Shown here piece by piece: positions 17,489 to 26,162 of a stretch of DNA of 64,000 bases (its first letter is position 1; each line of letters opens with the position of its first letter). This DNA is from Minisyncoccia bacterium (lineage in GTDB: Bacteria; Patescibacteriota; Minisyncoccia; Phycocordibacterales; CALRBL01), in assembly GCA_038230075.1 (NCBI GenBank), contig JBBRNV010000001.1, positions 11,672-75,671 of the forward strand. The letters run 5' to 3'. The translations under genes were made by a program, and so were the position numbers. A model generated the notes under the pieces. It made no database searches. It was not told the DNA's origin and worked only from the letters and a program-made list of their open reading frames with translations.

Positions 17489-19340
17489 TATGTTATTTTC
17501 AAAGACGAGTAAAAAAATGATTATCGAACCAATTGGTGTCATTCGAAACAATGATATCGACATGTTTCTGTGTAAATCTATTTCGTCTAAAACATCTCTT
17601 GTCTACTATAAAACAACAGATGGAAAGAATTTTTCAAAAATAAAAAAATCGATAAGTATTGTATGGCAGCGTAAAGAAATTGTTGTTGACGATATTGAGG
17701 ATGCTCGATTTTCAGAAGTGGGTGATTATCATTTGTTAACATTTAAGATTGGAAAAAAAGTCTACTTTGCAACATCAAAAGATTATTTTGAGTTTAAGGT
17801 TATTTCGCAATCATCGGAATTTAAAGAAGTTCCTTTGGTAATTTCTCATTTTTCATATAAAGGTGGATGTGTTGCTCTTTATAGAGACCCACAATTTGGA
17901 ATTGCTGTGTCGCACGATCTAAAAACGTGGAGATTTTCAAATATTATGGGAGCTGAGAAGGCGGTAGATGCACTTCATCATAAGGAAAATAGAATTATTG
18001 GAGCAATGCGTTCTGATCGAGGCATTTTAATTTTATACGATAAGTTATACGAAAGAACGGCAGATGCTCAGTACAATCCGAAAAAAGAGCATGTACTTGA
18101 AATTCAAGGAGTTATGCTTTCAGAATTGCAGCCATATCGAGCGTTGTGGGCCTCAGATTCGCCGCTATATGTAGAAGCGTCTAAAATTCCTTTCCAAGGT
18201 CAACCACTTGCGGCATTTCTTGATAGAACTTCTATCTCTGTATATTGGAAATCAAACGAAGCAACATTTTTTAGTTTAATTCTTCCAAAAATATTCGGCG
18301 AACCAACTGATGTAGCAAATGTAAAACTTGATAAGCATGTACATAATCCTGTAATTAGGCCAAATCCTGACAATTATTGGGAATCAGTTCAAACATTCAA
18401 CCCCGCTGCACTTTATTTAGATGGGAAAGTGCACCTACTCTATCGAGCCATGGGATCTGCGGGTATTTCTTATTTGGGATATGCAGCGAGTGATGACGGA
18501 TACACATTCGATGAACGTTCAAAAGAGCCTGCGTATTGGCCAAGAAAAGAATTTGAAGGAACAACAACGCCAGTTTCTTCATATACCGACGAATTTATGT
18601 CAGGAGGTGGATGGGGAGGTTGTGAAGATCCTCGACTCGCAGTGATTGACGACAAAGTATATTTAACATATGTCGCATACGATGGATGGAGAGCTCCACG
18701 TGTGGCACTTTCAACAATCACCACAAAAAACTTTCTTAAAAAGAAATGGGACAAATGGACTGAACCAATTCTTCTTTCAAAACCACATCAAACAAACAAA
18801 AACTCCTGTTTTCTTCCTGCAAAAATTAACGATAAATTTGTTATTTTTCACCGAGTCTTTCCTAATATTCTAATTGATTATGTTGAAGATTTAGATTTCG
18901 GAGAACATGCAAAATGGCTTGAAGGACATCACAAAATTGAACCACGTGGCACCCATTGGGATAGTCGAAAATTAGGAGTTGGAGCAACACCAATCAAGAC
19001 TGATATGGGTTGGCTTTTGATTTATCAAGCGGTTGATGACCGACATGACAGTCAATATAAAATTGGAGCGATGATTCTCGATCTTCATCATCCAGAAAAA
19101 GTGTTGTATCGAACAAACAAGCCAATTTTGATTCCAGATATGGAATATGAAAATAGAGGACACAAATCAGGTGTCGCATATCCATGTGGAGCAATAATTA
19201 AAGACGATACACTTTTTGTGTATTACGGAGGAGCTGACAGCGTGGTGTGTGTTGCATCACTTCCGCTTAAAAAGTTTTTATCGGGCATGAAGCATCACAA
19301 AGATATAAAACTTTCAGTTAAAAAGGCATCTATTTCTTAA
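17466..19340 (+). CDS. GH130-family glycoside phosphorylase (DUF377) with N-terminal extra domain
   Basis: C-terminal ~330 aa contain GCEDPRL, YLTYVAYDG, GWLLIYQAVDD and YYGGADSV GH130 signatures. N-terminal ~280 aa unassigned. Alternative start ATG at 17490, immediately after the upstream stop. Confidence 0.75.
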   Translation: MMPTGVRSMLFSKTSKKMIIEPIGVIRNNDIDMFLCKSISSKTSLVYYKTTDGKNFSKIKKSISIVWQRKEIVVDDIEDARFSEVGDYHLLTFKIGKKVYFATSKDYFEFKVISQSSEFKEVPLVISHFSYKGGCVALYRDPQFGIAVSHDLKTWRFSNIMGAEKAVDALHHKENRIIGAMRSDRGILILYDKLYERTADAQYNPKKEHVLEIQGVMLSELQPYRALWASDSPLYVEASKIPFQGQPLAAFLDRTSISVYWKSNEATFFSLILPKIFGEPTDVANVKLDKHVHNPVIRPNPDNYWESVQTFNPAALYLDGKVHLLYRAMGSAGISYLGYAASDDGYTFDERSKEPAYWPRKEFEGTTTPVSSYTDEFMSGGGWGGCEDPRLAVIDDKVYLTYVAYDGWRAPRVALSTITTKNFLKKKWDKWTEPILLSKPHQTNKNSCFLPAKINDKFVIFHRVFPNILIDYVEDLDFGEHAKWLEGHHKIEPRGTHWDSRKLGVGATPIKTDMGWLLIYQAVDDRHDSQYKIGAMILDLHHPEKVLYRTNKPILIPDMEYENRGHKSGVAYPCGAIIKDDTLFVYYGGADSVVCVASLPLKKFLSGMKHHKDIKLSVKKASIS

Positions 19341-19349
19341 TTTTTATAT

Positions 19350-21341
19350 ATGTATAACGTAAAACGAAATCAACATAATCCTATTTTGAACCCTGAGCGC
19401 ATGCGTGCTTGGGAAGGTGATGCAACATTTAACTGGTCAGGTATAAAAGAAGGAAACACTGTTCATTTGGTATATAGAGCTTTAGAGAAACATAAACGAA
19501 TTGAAGACAAAGAGTTAGAGTTTTCAACAATTGGATACTGTAAGAGTACTGACAAGCTTTCAACGTTGAAAGATCGAAGACAACTTATTACACCTGAATA
19601 TAATTGGGAAAAGTTTGGATGTGAAGATCCCCGAATTCATAAAATTGGAGACACCTACTACATTTTTTATACAGCACTTGGAACGTTTCCATTTGGTCCT
19701 GATGGTATTAAGGTAGCATTAGCAAAAACAAAAAATCTGAAAGATATTACAGAAAAGCATCTTCTGACTCCGTTTAATGCGAAGGCAATGACACTATTTC
19801 CTGAAAAGATAAAAGGGAAGATTGCGGCATTTGTGAGTGTTGATACCGACAGACCTGACCGTGGGGTAAAACTTGGTTACATCACATTTAATTCAGAAGC
19901 AGATATTCTTTCTCATGAATATTGGAATTCGTGGTATCAAAATATTCAAGAAAATCAATTACATCTCGCACGAAATTCAGGAGAGCAAATTGAAGTAAGT
20001 GCTCCGCCAATTAAAACAAAATATGGATGGTTACTTATTTATTCACATATTCAAAATTACTTCAGTAATGATAGGGTTTTTGGAGTTGAGGCGGTATTAC
20101 TTGATCTTAAAGACCCACGAAAGGTTATTGGAAGAACTCAATTTCCTTTTTTGGTACCAGAAGAAGTGTATGAAGAATTTGGACAAGTTCCCGCTATTGT
20201 TTTTCCTAGTGGTGCGTACCTTGATAAGGAAAAGGGTAAAGATGTTGTTGTTTTGCTCTACGGCGCAACAGATACTACAGGCTGCGCAGCCACCATTCCA
20301 CTTGATGAGTTGTTAGTGTCTCTGAAAAATGGAACGGAGCAATTTATTCGTTCACCTAAAAATCCCCTCATTATTCCAAACGAACTTCACTTATGGGAAG
20401 ACGTTGCTGTTTTTAATCCAGCTGCAGTTCGAATTGATGGAACAACTCACATTTTTTATAGAGCCATGGGCAAAGAGAATACTTCAGTCATAGGCCTTGC
20501 CCTTTCAAAAGACGGGGTAAAGATTGATCGAAGATTTAAAGATCCTATATATATACCTCGCGCTGATTTTGAAAAAAAGGCAAAAGAAGGAAATTCAGGA
20601 TGCGAAGATCCTCGTGCAACAATTATTGGTGATCGACTATTCTTGGTATACACAGCATATGATGGCATACGACCTCCAGGAGTTGCCATGACATCAGTTT
20701 CAATTAAAAAATATACCGAAGCTGTTTCTCATATGGTCAAAGATATTAAGGGAACAGTAGAAGTGAGAATTCCTTGGGATGAGCCTGTTTTTGTATCACT
20801 GCCAAATCTTGATGATAAAGATGCACTTCTTTTTGGTGAGAAGTTCAATAAAGCATGGTGGATGTTTCATCGAGTAAATCATAATGTGTGTTTTGATATT
20901 CTTTTTGGATTGCAACCAGAAAAATTAAAATCACCTGATGATTTACGGAAACAAAATGTTAAAATGCATAATGTAACTCCACTGTTCGGTCCACGACGTG
21001 GTATGTGGGATAGTAAAAAAGTTGGTGTTAATTGTCCACCTGTTAAAACAAAGGCCGGATATCTTCTTCTCTATCATGGAATTGGAGAAGATCACATATA
21101 TAGAGTAGGGGCAGTACTTCTCGATTTAAATGATCCATTCTCTGTTATAGGACGAAGTTCGCAGCCTATTTTCGAACCTAATGCAGAATATGAAAAGAAA
21201 GGAATAATTCCAAATGTAGTGTTTCCTTGTGGATTAGTTGTTGAAAAAGATTTACTCCATATTTATTACGGAGGAGCAGACACCGTGGTTGGTATGGCGG
21301 GAATGAGTTTAAAAAAGCTCATTGAGCAGCTTCTTGCATAA
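19350..21341 (+). CDS. tandem double-GH130 glycoside phosphorylase
   Basis: Two complete GH130 repeats in one 663-aa protein, each with GCEDPR(I/A), Y-x-Y-TA, GWLLIY/GYLLLYHG and YYG(G)ADT motifs. Confidence 0.8.
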   Translation: MYNVKRNQHNPILNPERMRAWEGDATFNWSGIKEGNTVHLVYRALEKHKRIEDKELEFSTIGYCKSTDKLSTLKDRRQLITPEYNWEKFGCEDPRIHKIGDTYYIFYTALGTFPFGPDGIKVALAKTKNLKDITEKHLLTPFNAKAMTLFPEKIKGKIAAFVSVDTDRPDRGVKLGYITFNSEADILSHEYWNSWYQNIQENQLHLARNSGEQIEVSAPPIKTKYGWLLIYSHIQNYFSNDRVFGVEAVLLDLKDPRKVIGRTQFPFLVPEEVYEEFGQVPAIVFPSGAYLDKEKGKDVVVLLYGATDTTGCAATIPLDELLVSLKNGTEQFIRSPKNPLIIPNELHLWEDVAVFNPAAVRIDGTTHIFYRAMGKENTSVIGLALSKDGVKIDRRFKDPIYIPRADFEKKAKEGNSGCEDPRATIIGDRLFLVYTAYDGIRPPGVAMTSVSIKKYTEAVSHMVKDIKGTVEVRIPWDEPVFVSLPNLDDKDALLFGEKFNKAWWMFHRVNHNVCFDILFGLQPEKLKSPDDLRKQNVKMHNVTPLFGPRRGMWDSKKVGVNCPPVKTKAGYLLLYHGIGEDHIYRVGAVLLDLNDPFSVIGRSSQPIFEPNAEYEKKGIIPNVVFPCGLVVEKDLLHIYYGGADTVVGMAGMSLKKLIEQLLA

Positions 21342-21367
21342 GTTACCTAGTGATATACTAGATAGAT

Positions 21368-22003
21368 ATGAAACAACAAAAAATTATCGTTTTAATTTTG
21401 TTAGTTCTTGTTATTATTTTGGTTGTCTTTGTTGTGAGGAAAGGAACTACACCAAATACTGATATACAAAACAATGTTCCAACAACTGCAACATCAACAA
21501 CTCCTGTGAATGTTTCAATAGCTGAAGTAAAAAAAGCACTACTATCTGCAACTGTGACTATTCCGGACGAAGGGACAAAAGCTCAATTGGTAAATGGTGA
21601 AGTTGATTGGCAAGCAACAGACGAAGTTCATGGTTCAATTGGGCTCATTCCAGATGTTCTCGCTATTCATGGAACAGATGTGCTTGCAGCATTCGGTGTT
21701 TCTTCAGGAGGAACAGGAGAGTTTTCTTACGTTTTTCTTTTTTCATATAAAAACGGTAAACTTACGCACACTTCAAGTTATTTCTTAGGAGATCGAATTC
21801 TTGTTAAAAAAATAAATACTGACACATTTGAAGCAAAAGCAAGTGAGGGTGAATATATTGCAAGCATTTCGATTGTTGATAGAGGAGAAAATGAACCGAT
21901 GGCCGCCGAACCAACAATTGCTAAAACTATAAACATTGCAGTTAAAAATGGAGTTTTTAATGAACAGTCGGTAAAAATAACAAGTCCTATCTTAGAACAA
22001 TAA
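21368..22003 (+). CDS. membrane-anchored hypothetical protein
   Basis: N-terminal TM (IIVLILLVLVIILVVFVV) followed by a T-rich linker and a beta-rich domain. Confidence 0.4.
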   Translation: MKQQKIIVLILLVLVIILVVFVVRKGTTPNTDIQNNVPTTATSTTPVNVSIAEVKKALLSATVTIPDEGTKAQLVNGEVDWQATDEVHGSIGLIPDVLAIHGTDVLAAFGVSSGGTGEFSYVFLFSYKNGKLTHTSSYFLGDRILVKKINTDTFEAKASEGEYIASISIVDRGENEPMAAEPTIAKTINIAVKNGVFNEQSVKITSPILEQ

Positions 22004-22009
22004 ATTTGT

Positions 22010-23170
22010 ATGCTTCAGAAATATTCGACTTCATCACATGGAACCAGTGAGACACAAGATGCTTTAAGATTTAAAGCAACACACGATGCCGATACTGCAA
22101 AAAGAAAGCTTGCAGATCAAAAGCGTATCCAAATAATGAGTAAGAAAAGCTTCTTATCTTCTACAATTTCTGAATTACAGAGAAAACAGGCAGATGTAAG
22201 AAAGATTGAACAAGATGCTCGAGCACTTGAGCAGCATTCTCAAGAATCTGAAAGAGAAATCAACCTTCTTAAGAATAACTTAACAGTTGCTGAAGCTGAG
22301 TTGCAAAATATAGAAAGAAAAGTCCAAGATGTTGAAAGAGAAAAGGGTACAACTGAGAGTCGAATATCTTTGTTAAAAGAAGAATTACATAAAAAAGAAT
22401 CACATTTTTTAACAGACTTAAAATTAAAGCAAACAAAAAAGTCGCACGTCACAGAAATTGAAAATGAATTACAACGAGAAAAGACTGAAATAGAAAAGAC
22501 AAAAAATGAAGTAAGGTCTTTACATAATGAAGTTGCAATAAATGAACATTCTGTTAGTACGTTTGAAAAAGAGATTACAAGCTTACTAACTACTGTTCAA
22601 TCAAAAGATAGAGAAGTCTTGAATGTTAAAAGACAAATCGAAGAGCTACAATCTAAACTGAGAGACTTGGTAACTAGTCTACAAATATCGAAAGATGAAG
22701 TGTTAAAAAAGCAAAATCAAGTTGCCGAACATAAGAGAATGACCGAATCTAAAATGACAAAACTTGGAGCACTAGAGACTGCAGTCAAAACTAAAGCTTC
22801 TCATGTGCAAACCAGATTGTCAGATAAGACCCGTGCTCTTGAAGAATCGAAAAGTGTTGAAATGGAAAGTGGGCAACTAGATCACGACAGCTCAAGTATT
22901 AAACGTGAAGAAAAGCTAAAAGAAACCATTCTTCACAGTGAAGATCATCAACTTCAAGAAGTTGAGAAAAAGAAGCAGGCGTTTGAAAATGATATTCGAG
23001 TTATAAAAAATAATCTTTCAAAAAAAGAAAGTCAGATTTCTCAAGATAAGAAACTCGTAGAAACAAAGAAGGCGCAAAAAGTCGCAGTAGAGCAAGAAGT
23101 AAAAAATCTTGAAATGAATAGAAAGAATTATGAAATTGAAATTCGTCGGCTAGAACAAGAAATTATGTAA
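22010..23170 (+). CDS. long coiled-coil protein (E/K/Q-rich)
   Basis: 386 aa almost entirely heptad-like E/K/Q/L-rich sequence. No TM segment. Confidence 0.5.
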   Translation: MLQKYSTSSHGTSETQDALRFKATHDADTAKRKLADQKRIQIMSKKSFLSSTISELQRKQADVRKIEQDARALEQHSQESEREINLLKNNLTVAEAELQNIERKVQDVEREKGTTESRISLLKEELHKKESHFLTDLKLKQTKKSHVTEIENELQREKTEIEKTKNEVRSLHNEVAINEHSVSTFEKEITSLLTTVQSKDREVLNVKRQIEELQSKLRDLVTSLQISKDEVLKKQNQVAEHKRMTESKMTKLGALETAVKTKASHVQTRLSDKTRALEESKSVEMESGQLDHDSSSIKREEKLKETILHSEDHQLQEVEKKKQAFENDIRVIKNNLSKKESQISQDKKLVETKKAQKVAVEQEVKNLEMNRKNYEIEIRRLEQEIM

Positions 23171-23171
23171 T

Positions 23172-24041
23172 ATGAAATTCTCAAGCCATAAAATTTATCA
23201 CCATTATGGAAAAAGTCTGTACGCAGCTAGTTTGTTTTTTCCAAAGAATGTTAGAGTTGCATGTCATGCCCTCTATTCCTTTATAAAAATAGCTGATCAT
23301 GCCATTGCTCCGTTTCAAAATGATTTGCAAAAAGCCTCTGAAGTCTTAGATTTGTGGAAAATTGAATGGCAAAAAGCTTTTGACTCTGGAATGGCAAAAG
23401 ATAAACAGTTAAATAAAATCGCGGTCGTCTTTCATCAGTACGAAATTCCATATAATGAAACGGTTACTTTTTTAGAATCACTTTTAGCCGATATTTCTAC
23501 ATCTGAATATAAGAATTATCAAGATCTCGAAATGTATATGATGAGTTCGTCTTCAATTATTTGCATCATGATGGCTCGTTTAATAGGTATTAATAGTGGA
23601 AATAGATATCCTAAAGATGAGATTACATGGCAACCCCTTCTTAAAGCAGCTCAAATACTTGGAATAACTTTTCACATGACTAGTTTCTTACGTGATATTA
23701 AAGAAGATGTGTGTATTCGAAATAAAATATATCTTCCGCAAACAGAATTAGAAACATATGGAGTAACTAAAGAAATGTTGATTGTGGGAAAAGTTACCCC
23801 AGAATTTACCGATCTTATGAAATTTCAAATTGAAAGAATAAGATTATTTTATGCAGAATCTGAGAAGAGTTTAGTACTGGTTCATCCAAGCTGCCAAAGA
23901 GCTTTGAAAATTATTATGAGAGTGTATGAAGATGTTATTAATAAAATTGAGAAAAGTAATTACGATGTTTTCTCGAAAAAGCCAAAAACTAGAATTTGGG
24001 AAAAAATGATGCTAGCTTTCAAACTTGCTCGTCCGCATTAA
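23172..24041 (+). CDS. second squalene/phytoene synthase family paralog
   Basis: YHHYGKSLYAASLFFPKNVR and LGITFHMTSFLRDIKEDVCIRNKIYLPQTEL parallel the motifs of the 4222..5121 gene. Starts 1 nt after the coiled-coil gene stop. Confidence 0.7.
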   Translation: MKFSSHKIYHHYGKSLYAASLFFPKNVRVACHALYSFIKIADHAIAPFQNDLQKASEVLDLWKIEWQKAFDSGMAKDKQLNKIAVVFHQYEIPYNETVTFLESLLADISTSEYKNYQDLEMYMMSSSSIICIMMARLIGINSGNRYPKDEITWQPLLKAAQILGITFHMTSFLRDIKEDVCIRNKIYLPQTELETYGVTKEMLIVGKVTPEFTDLMKFQIERIRLFYAESEKSLVLVHPSCQRALKIIMRVYEDVINKIEKSNYDVFSKKPKTRIWEKMMLAFKLARPH

Positions 24042-24043
24042 TA

Positions 24044-24667
24044 CTATTTCTTTCCGGCGCATGTTTCGTCTGCCCACAAACCTCTTTTATTGTTCTTTGC
24101 TTCAGTTTGGGCTTGTTTAAATTGTTTTTGAAATTGATATGGAGTTTCGTATGTATATTCGTATGCGTATCCGTCTGTAATCATTTTTTGGTTAATGAAA
24201 CTAAGAGTTGATGTTGATGAGGTGCTAGTCGTATCTTTAAAGTAGATATATGCAAGAAGACGGCCGTATTTATCACGAACATCTTGAGTTGGATCACCTG
24301 AAATTGTAATACTCTTACTACTAAGAATTGATTTCAGATAGTTAGAGGCTTCTTTTCCAAAACATTGAACAGGACGACGAGGATCGACAGTTTCGGGAGT
24401 ATTAATTCCAATAAAACGAACTTTGTCGTGTCCGCATTGTCTTTCGATATCGATGGTGTCGCCGTCGATTACCTTTGTCACCTTTGTCACTTCATTGTTA
24501 GGGCGAGTTGCGACTTTACAAAGCTCACTGATAGCAAGGCTTGTTACTGGAGTTTTTTTATTTTTAACAATTTTTTCAACCATGGTTGGATGAGACACCA
24601 GTTGGTATACAATTGTGCCGAAAATAAGTATCACAAGGGTTATATACACTTTTTGATTCACATTCAT
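24044..24667 (-). CDS. membrane-anchored thermonuclease (staphylococcal nuclease / SNase-like)
   Basis: N-terminal TM. VIDGDTIDI...VRFIGINTPET...GRLLAYIY match the SNase fold catalytic region. Confidence 0.7.
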   Translation of the reverse strand: MNVNQKVYITLVILIFGTIVYQLVSHPTMVEKIVKNKKTPVTSLAISELCKVATRPNNEVTKVTKVIDGDTIDIERQCGHDKVRFIGINTPETVDPRRPVQCFGKEASNYLKSILSSKSITISGDPTQDVRDKYGRLLAYIYFKDTTSTSSTSTLSFINQKMITDGYAYEYTYETPYQFQKQFKQAQTEAKNNKRGLWADETCAGKK

Positions 24668-24701
24668 ATGGTATCATGATGACATAAATTTTTATTGAAT
24701 T

Positions 24702-25862
24702 ATGGATAAAGTTTTCACTATTTCTGAATTTCTTGATGGAGTAAATGAAGGTCTTACCTCATATGGTGGTCAGTTAATTGGAGAAGTAACGAGTGTGGTA
24801 ATACGAGCGAGTGCTGTCTATTTTAATCTTAAAGACAGCAAAGAGAATGCTAGCCTTGCATGTTTTATGTGGCTCCGTGACTTAAACATGTCTGGGGTAG
24901 AGTTGAAAGAAGGGCTTGAAGTTCAGGTGCTTGGTATTCCTCAAATATATAAACCGACTGGTAGATTAAACTTTCAGGTTAAAGTAGTTCAATTGGTTGG
25001 AGAGGGTGCACTAAAAAAAGCTTATCTTGAATTAAAAGCAAAATTAGAAAAAGAGGGCGTCTTTGATAGTAAAAAAAAGAAAGAGATACCTGCTTATATT
25101 AAAAAAATAGGTGTTATTACATCAAGAGATGGTGCGGTGATTCATGACTTCCTTAATAATCTTGGAAGATATGGATACGATACGCAGCTTTTTAATGTTC
25201 ATGTTGAAGGATTGCACGCACTTAAAGACATTCGAAAAGCACTTGTGCACTTTGCCAAAACAGATGTTGATGTGGTGGTGCTCATTCGAGGTGGTGGCTC
25301 ACTTGAATCGTTTGCAGCATTTAATAACGAAATGTTAGTGCGAGAGGTATCAGAGTACTCAAAACCTCTAATTTCAGGGCTTGGACACGATAAAGACGTT
25401 CCTCTCGTTGCTCTGGCGTCAGACTTGATGACATCAACTCCAACGGCAGTTACCTCTGTTATAAATGAATCATGGGAGCAAGCAGCTCATTTATTCGAGA
25501 ATCTTAAATATGAGTTGTTTAGATGGGGGCAAGATATTATTTCTCAGAAAGCAGAAGAATTGTACGTGTATGAGAAGTATTTGGTAGAAAAATCATTTGC
25601 AGTCCGAAGTTATATTCAAAAGATAATCGATTCGGTCTCTGAACATTTTCGATTATTAAAGACAAAACTTGATGTGCAAAAGCAGTTACTGTCTCAATTT
25701 GAGAGACAAATTGATGCGTACGATCCTCGAAGAGTTTTGAAGGTTGGATATTCAATTGTTATGTCTAAAGAAAAAGTAATAAAATACATCTCTGATGTGA
25801 AAAAGAATGATCGAATTGAAATTCAAGTCTCTGACGGGTCAATTAGTGCAAAAGTATTATAA
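24702..25862 (+). CDS. xseA: exodeoxyribonuclease VII large subunit
   Basis: N-terminal OB-fold region, VVLIRGGGSLESF and GLGHDKD motifs. Confidence 0.85.
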   Translation: MDKVFTISEFLDGVNEGLTSYGGQLIGEVTSVVIRASAVYFNLKDSKENASLACFMWLRDLNMSGVELKEGLEVQVLGIPQIYKPTGRLNFQVKVVQLVGEGALKKAYLELKAKLEKEGVFDSKKKKEIPAYIKKIGVITSRDGAVIHDFLNNLGRYGYDTQLFNVHVEGLHALKDIRKALVHFAKTDVDVVVLIRGGGSLESFAAFNNEMLVREVSEYSKPLISGLGHDKDVPLVALASDLMTSTPTAVTSVINESWEQAAHLFENLKYELFRWGQDIISQKAEELYVYEKYLVEKSFAVRSYIQKIIDSVSEHFRLLKTKLDVQKQLLSQFERQIDAYDPRRVLKVGYSIVMSKEKVIKYISDVKKNDRIEIQVSDGSISAKVL

Positions 25863-25886
25863 ATAAAATTTGATATAATTACCGCA

Positions 25887-26117
25887 ATGCCACATAAAAA
25901 ACAAGAAAAAGAAAATACATCAGAGCATATTACCCATTCACTTCAGAAATTGCAGGAAATAGTTACCTGGTTTGAACATCAAAAAGAAGTAAATTTGGAA
26001 GAAGGTTTGCAAAAAGTGAAAGAAGGAGCTGATCTCATTAAACACAGTAAGGCTCGTTTAAAAGAATTAGATAATGCATTTAAAGAAGTCGAGAAAGATT
26101 TAGATGAATCAAAGTAA
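25887..26117 (+). CDS. xseB: exodeoxyribonuclease VII small subunit
   Basis: 76-aa helical protein, LEEGLQKVKEGADLIKHSKARLKELDNAFKEV, immediately downstream of xseA. Confidence 0.7.
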   Translation: MPHKKQEKENTSEHITHSLQKLQEIVTWFEHQKEVNLEEGLQKVKEGADLIKHSKARLKELDNAFKEVEKDLDESK

Positions 26118-26162
26118 CGTTCTATAGGTTTTTTCGAGAAATTGTAGTAAAAATATACACAC

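Noticed and set aside
17466-17489. 24-nt overlap of the first GH130 gene with the cupin gene
   Set aside because: Probably a start-codon call issue. An in-frame ATG at 17490 directly after the cupin stop is an equally good start. Not evidence of a frameshift or fusion.
18397-19194. Short ORFs inside the GH130 genes (18397..18582-, 18421..18645+, 18470..18754-, 18670..18873+, 18972..19163-, 18994..19194-)
   Set aside because: All are embedded in a long ORF with strong family motifs. Alternative-frame noise.
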